From: Neodothiora populina
Lineage: Eukaryota
DNA length: 64,000 bases
Assembly (NCBI RefSeq): GCF_041146345.1
Contig: NW_027191417.1
Coordinates: forward strand, 744,001-808,000
Direction: 5' to 3'
A program made the translations under genes and the position numbers. Positions 62,690 to 64,000 of the stretch are shown here, one piece after another (position 1 is the first letter of the stretch; every line of letters begins with the position of its first letter). A model generated the notes under the pieces. That model was not told where the DNA came from, ran no database searches, and saw only the letters and a list, made by a program, of their open reading frames with translations.

Positions 62690-63056
62690 TTACTTTACAT
62701 CGGGGGGGAGCGGGGGCGGCAGAAAGTATGGAGTAAATATACAATGATATGGAACAGTGATAGCCCGATGGCTGTATATGCTCAGTTTCTTTCCTGAAAG
62801 TTAGGAATAACATGGATAAAACGCTAAAGACAAGAAGTGGCCAGGAAGAGAGAGAAAAAGGGAGAAAAAGACGAGAGAGGCAGGTAAAAATGGAGAAGAG
62901 ATGTGAGATGTTTTATTTCTTTATACAGTGACATATACATAACCCCTGCCCAGAAAGAACGACAACGGAGGAGAAGGAAAAAAAACAAAAAAAAACAGAG
63001 TGGATGGGTGGAGGTTACATATATAGATAATATGCACAATTCATTGATGATACACG

Positions 63057-63060
<4 letters not shown>

Positions 63061-63089
<29 letters not shown>
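63061..63089. repeat. (TC)n microsatellite between convergent genes
   Basis: tctctc run read directly. Confidence 0.95.
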
Positions 63090-63093
<4 letters not shown>

Positions 63094-63237
63094 GTTCATG
63101 TGGCGAGACAGATGAAGCCATCAGCACTCTCCGCGCTCAATTCCTCCGTGTTCTCCGCCTGTCCTATGCTGTAAAATGCTAACGCTTCATGGCCGACAGC
63201 CTCAGTGCCTTTCTCATTCATGCATGTGGTGGCTACG

Positions 63238-64000
63238 CTATAGCTTCTTAATCTCAAACATAGTAGGAGCGGCAGACCCGGGCGTCGGCGGCAGCGTAGG
63301 GCCATCGTCAGGCTTAGCGGTATCAGGCGTAGCAGAAGGCGGCTCGGGCGGCGGCGCGACGTCCTCGCCAGGGATCTTGCCGCCTCCAAAGTACTTTTCG
63401 AACTCTTCCTTTTCGCCCCACTGTCTGGGACCCAGCAGGCGCACGAGGTCGTCGCGCGAGAGGACTTCCTTGCGCAGCAATTCTTCGGCGACGATGCCGA
63501 TTTCCTTTCGTTTTTCCTCGAGCAGGTCGCGACATTGCTTGTAGGCTTCGTCGACGATGCGCTTGACTTCCTCGTCGATGTTGCGCGCGGTCTCCTCGCT
63601 GTAGGGCTTTTGCAGTTGTTGCGAGGTGTCGTCTTCGTAGTATAGGTAGCCGACCTTCTTGCTCATGCCCCATTTGGTCACCATTGCGCTGGCCATGCGG
63701 GTCACTTTGTTGAAGTCGTCTGATGCGCCGGATGTCACTGTGTCGAAGTGCAGTTCCTCTGATACGCGGCCGGCTAACGTCATGGCCATGCGGTCTAGCA
63801 TCTGAGTTGGGGAAATCATGATTAGTGAGTGGAGATGAAGGGAGAAAGGAACAGAAACTTACTTGATGCATGTTCATGAGGTAGGTGTCACCGGCCGGGA
63901 GGTACTGCGCGTAACCGAGAGCGCCCTGGCCACGGGGAATGATGGAAACCTTGAGTAGGGGATCTGCGTATTGGAAGTACCATCCACAAATGGCATGGCC
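63238..64000 (-). CDS. Mitochondrial m-AAA protease (AFG3/YTA12-like), partial C-terminal M41 peptidase region
   Basis: [32 protein letters not shown]..|[24 protein letters not shown]; runs off the window edge. Confidence 0.93.

Noticed and set aside
1..64000. Transposons, RIP-like AT-rich blocks, CRISPR arrays, secondary-metabolite cluster
   Set aside because: No transposase or RT ORFs, LTR/TIR pairs, repeat-spacer arrays or PKS/NRPS/terpene synthase genes seen

Overview
Gene-dense eukaryotic chromosomal segment from a filamentous ascomycete (Pezizomycotina; inferred from short 45-70 nt GT-AG introns with CTRAC branch sites and from gene content; a Dothideomycete is a guess). I support about 30 protein-coding genes, most of them spliced, so the ORF track fragments them. 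They include HOS4-like, DFG10, MED10, RBG1, CDO1, a GT90, asparaginase, FWD1-like F-box/WD40, dynactin p62, RPS7, URH1, SEA4/MIOS and a partial m-AAA protease. There is one tRNA-Arg(UCU), the divergent galacturonate-catabolism pair gaaA/gaaC with GARE boxes, and several microsatellites. No intact mobile element or CRISPR is visible. The best unexplained signal is a 708-nt intron in the PXA-domain gene (13989-14696). It is about ten times longer than typical introns here, carries nested complementary helices along its whole length including one crossing pair, and creates an immediate stop if retained, making it a candidate intronic ncRNA or splicing-regulatory RNA. The second is a tRNA-like 3' half joined directly to the tRNA-Arg before the Pol III terminator. 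Exon boundaries and helices were read by eye; no searches or folding programs were run.
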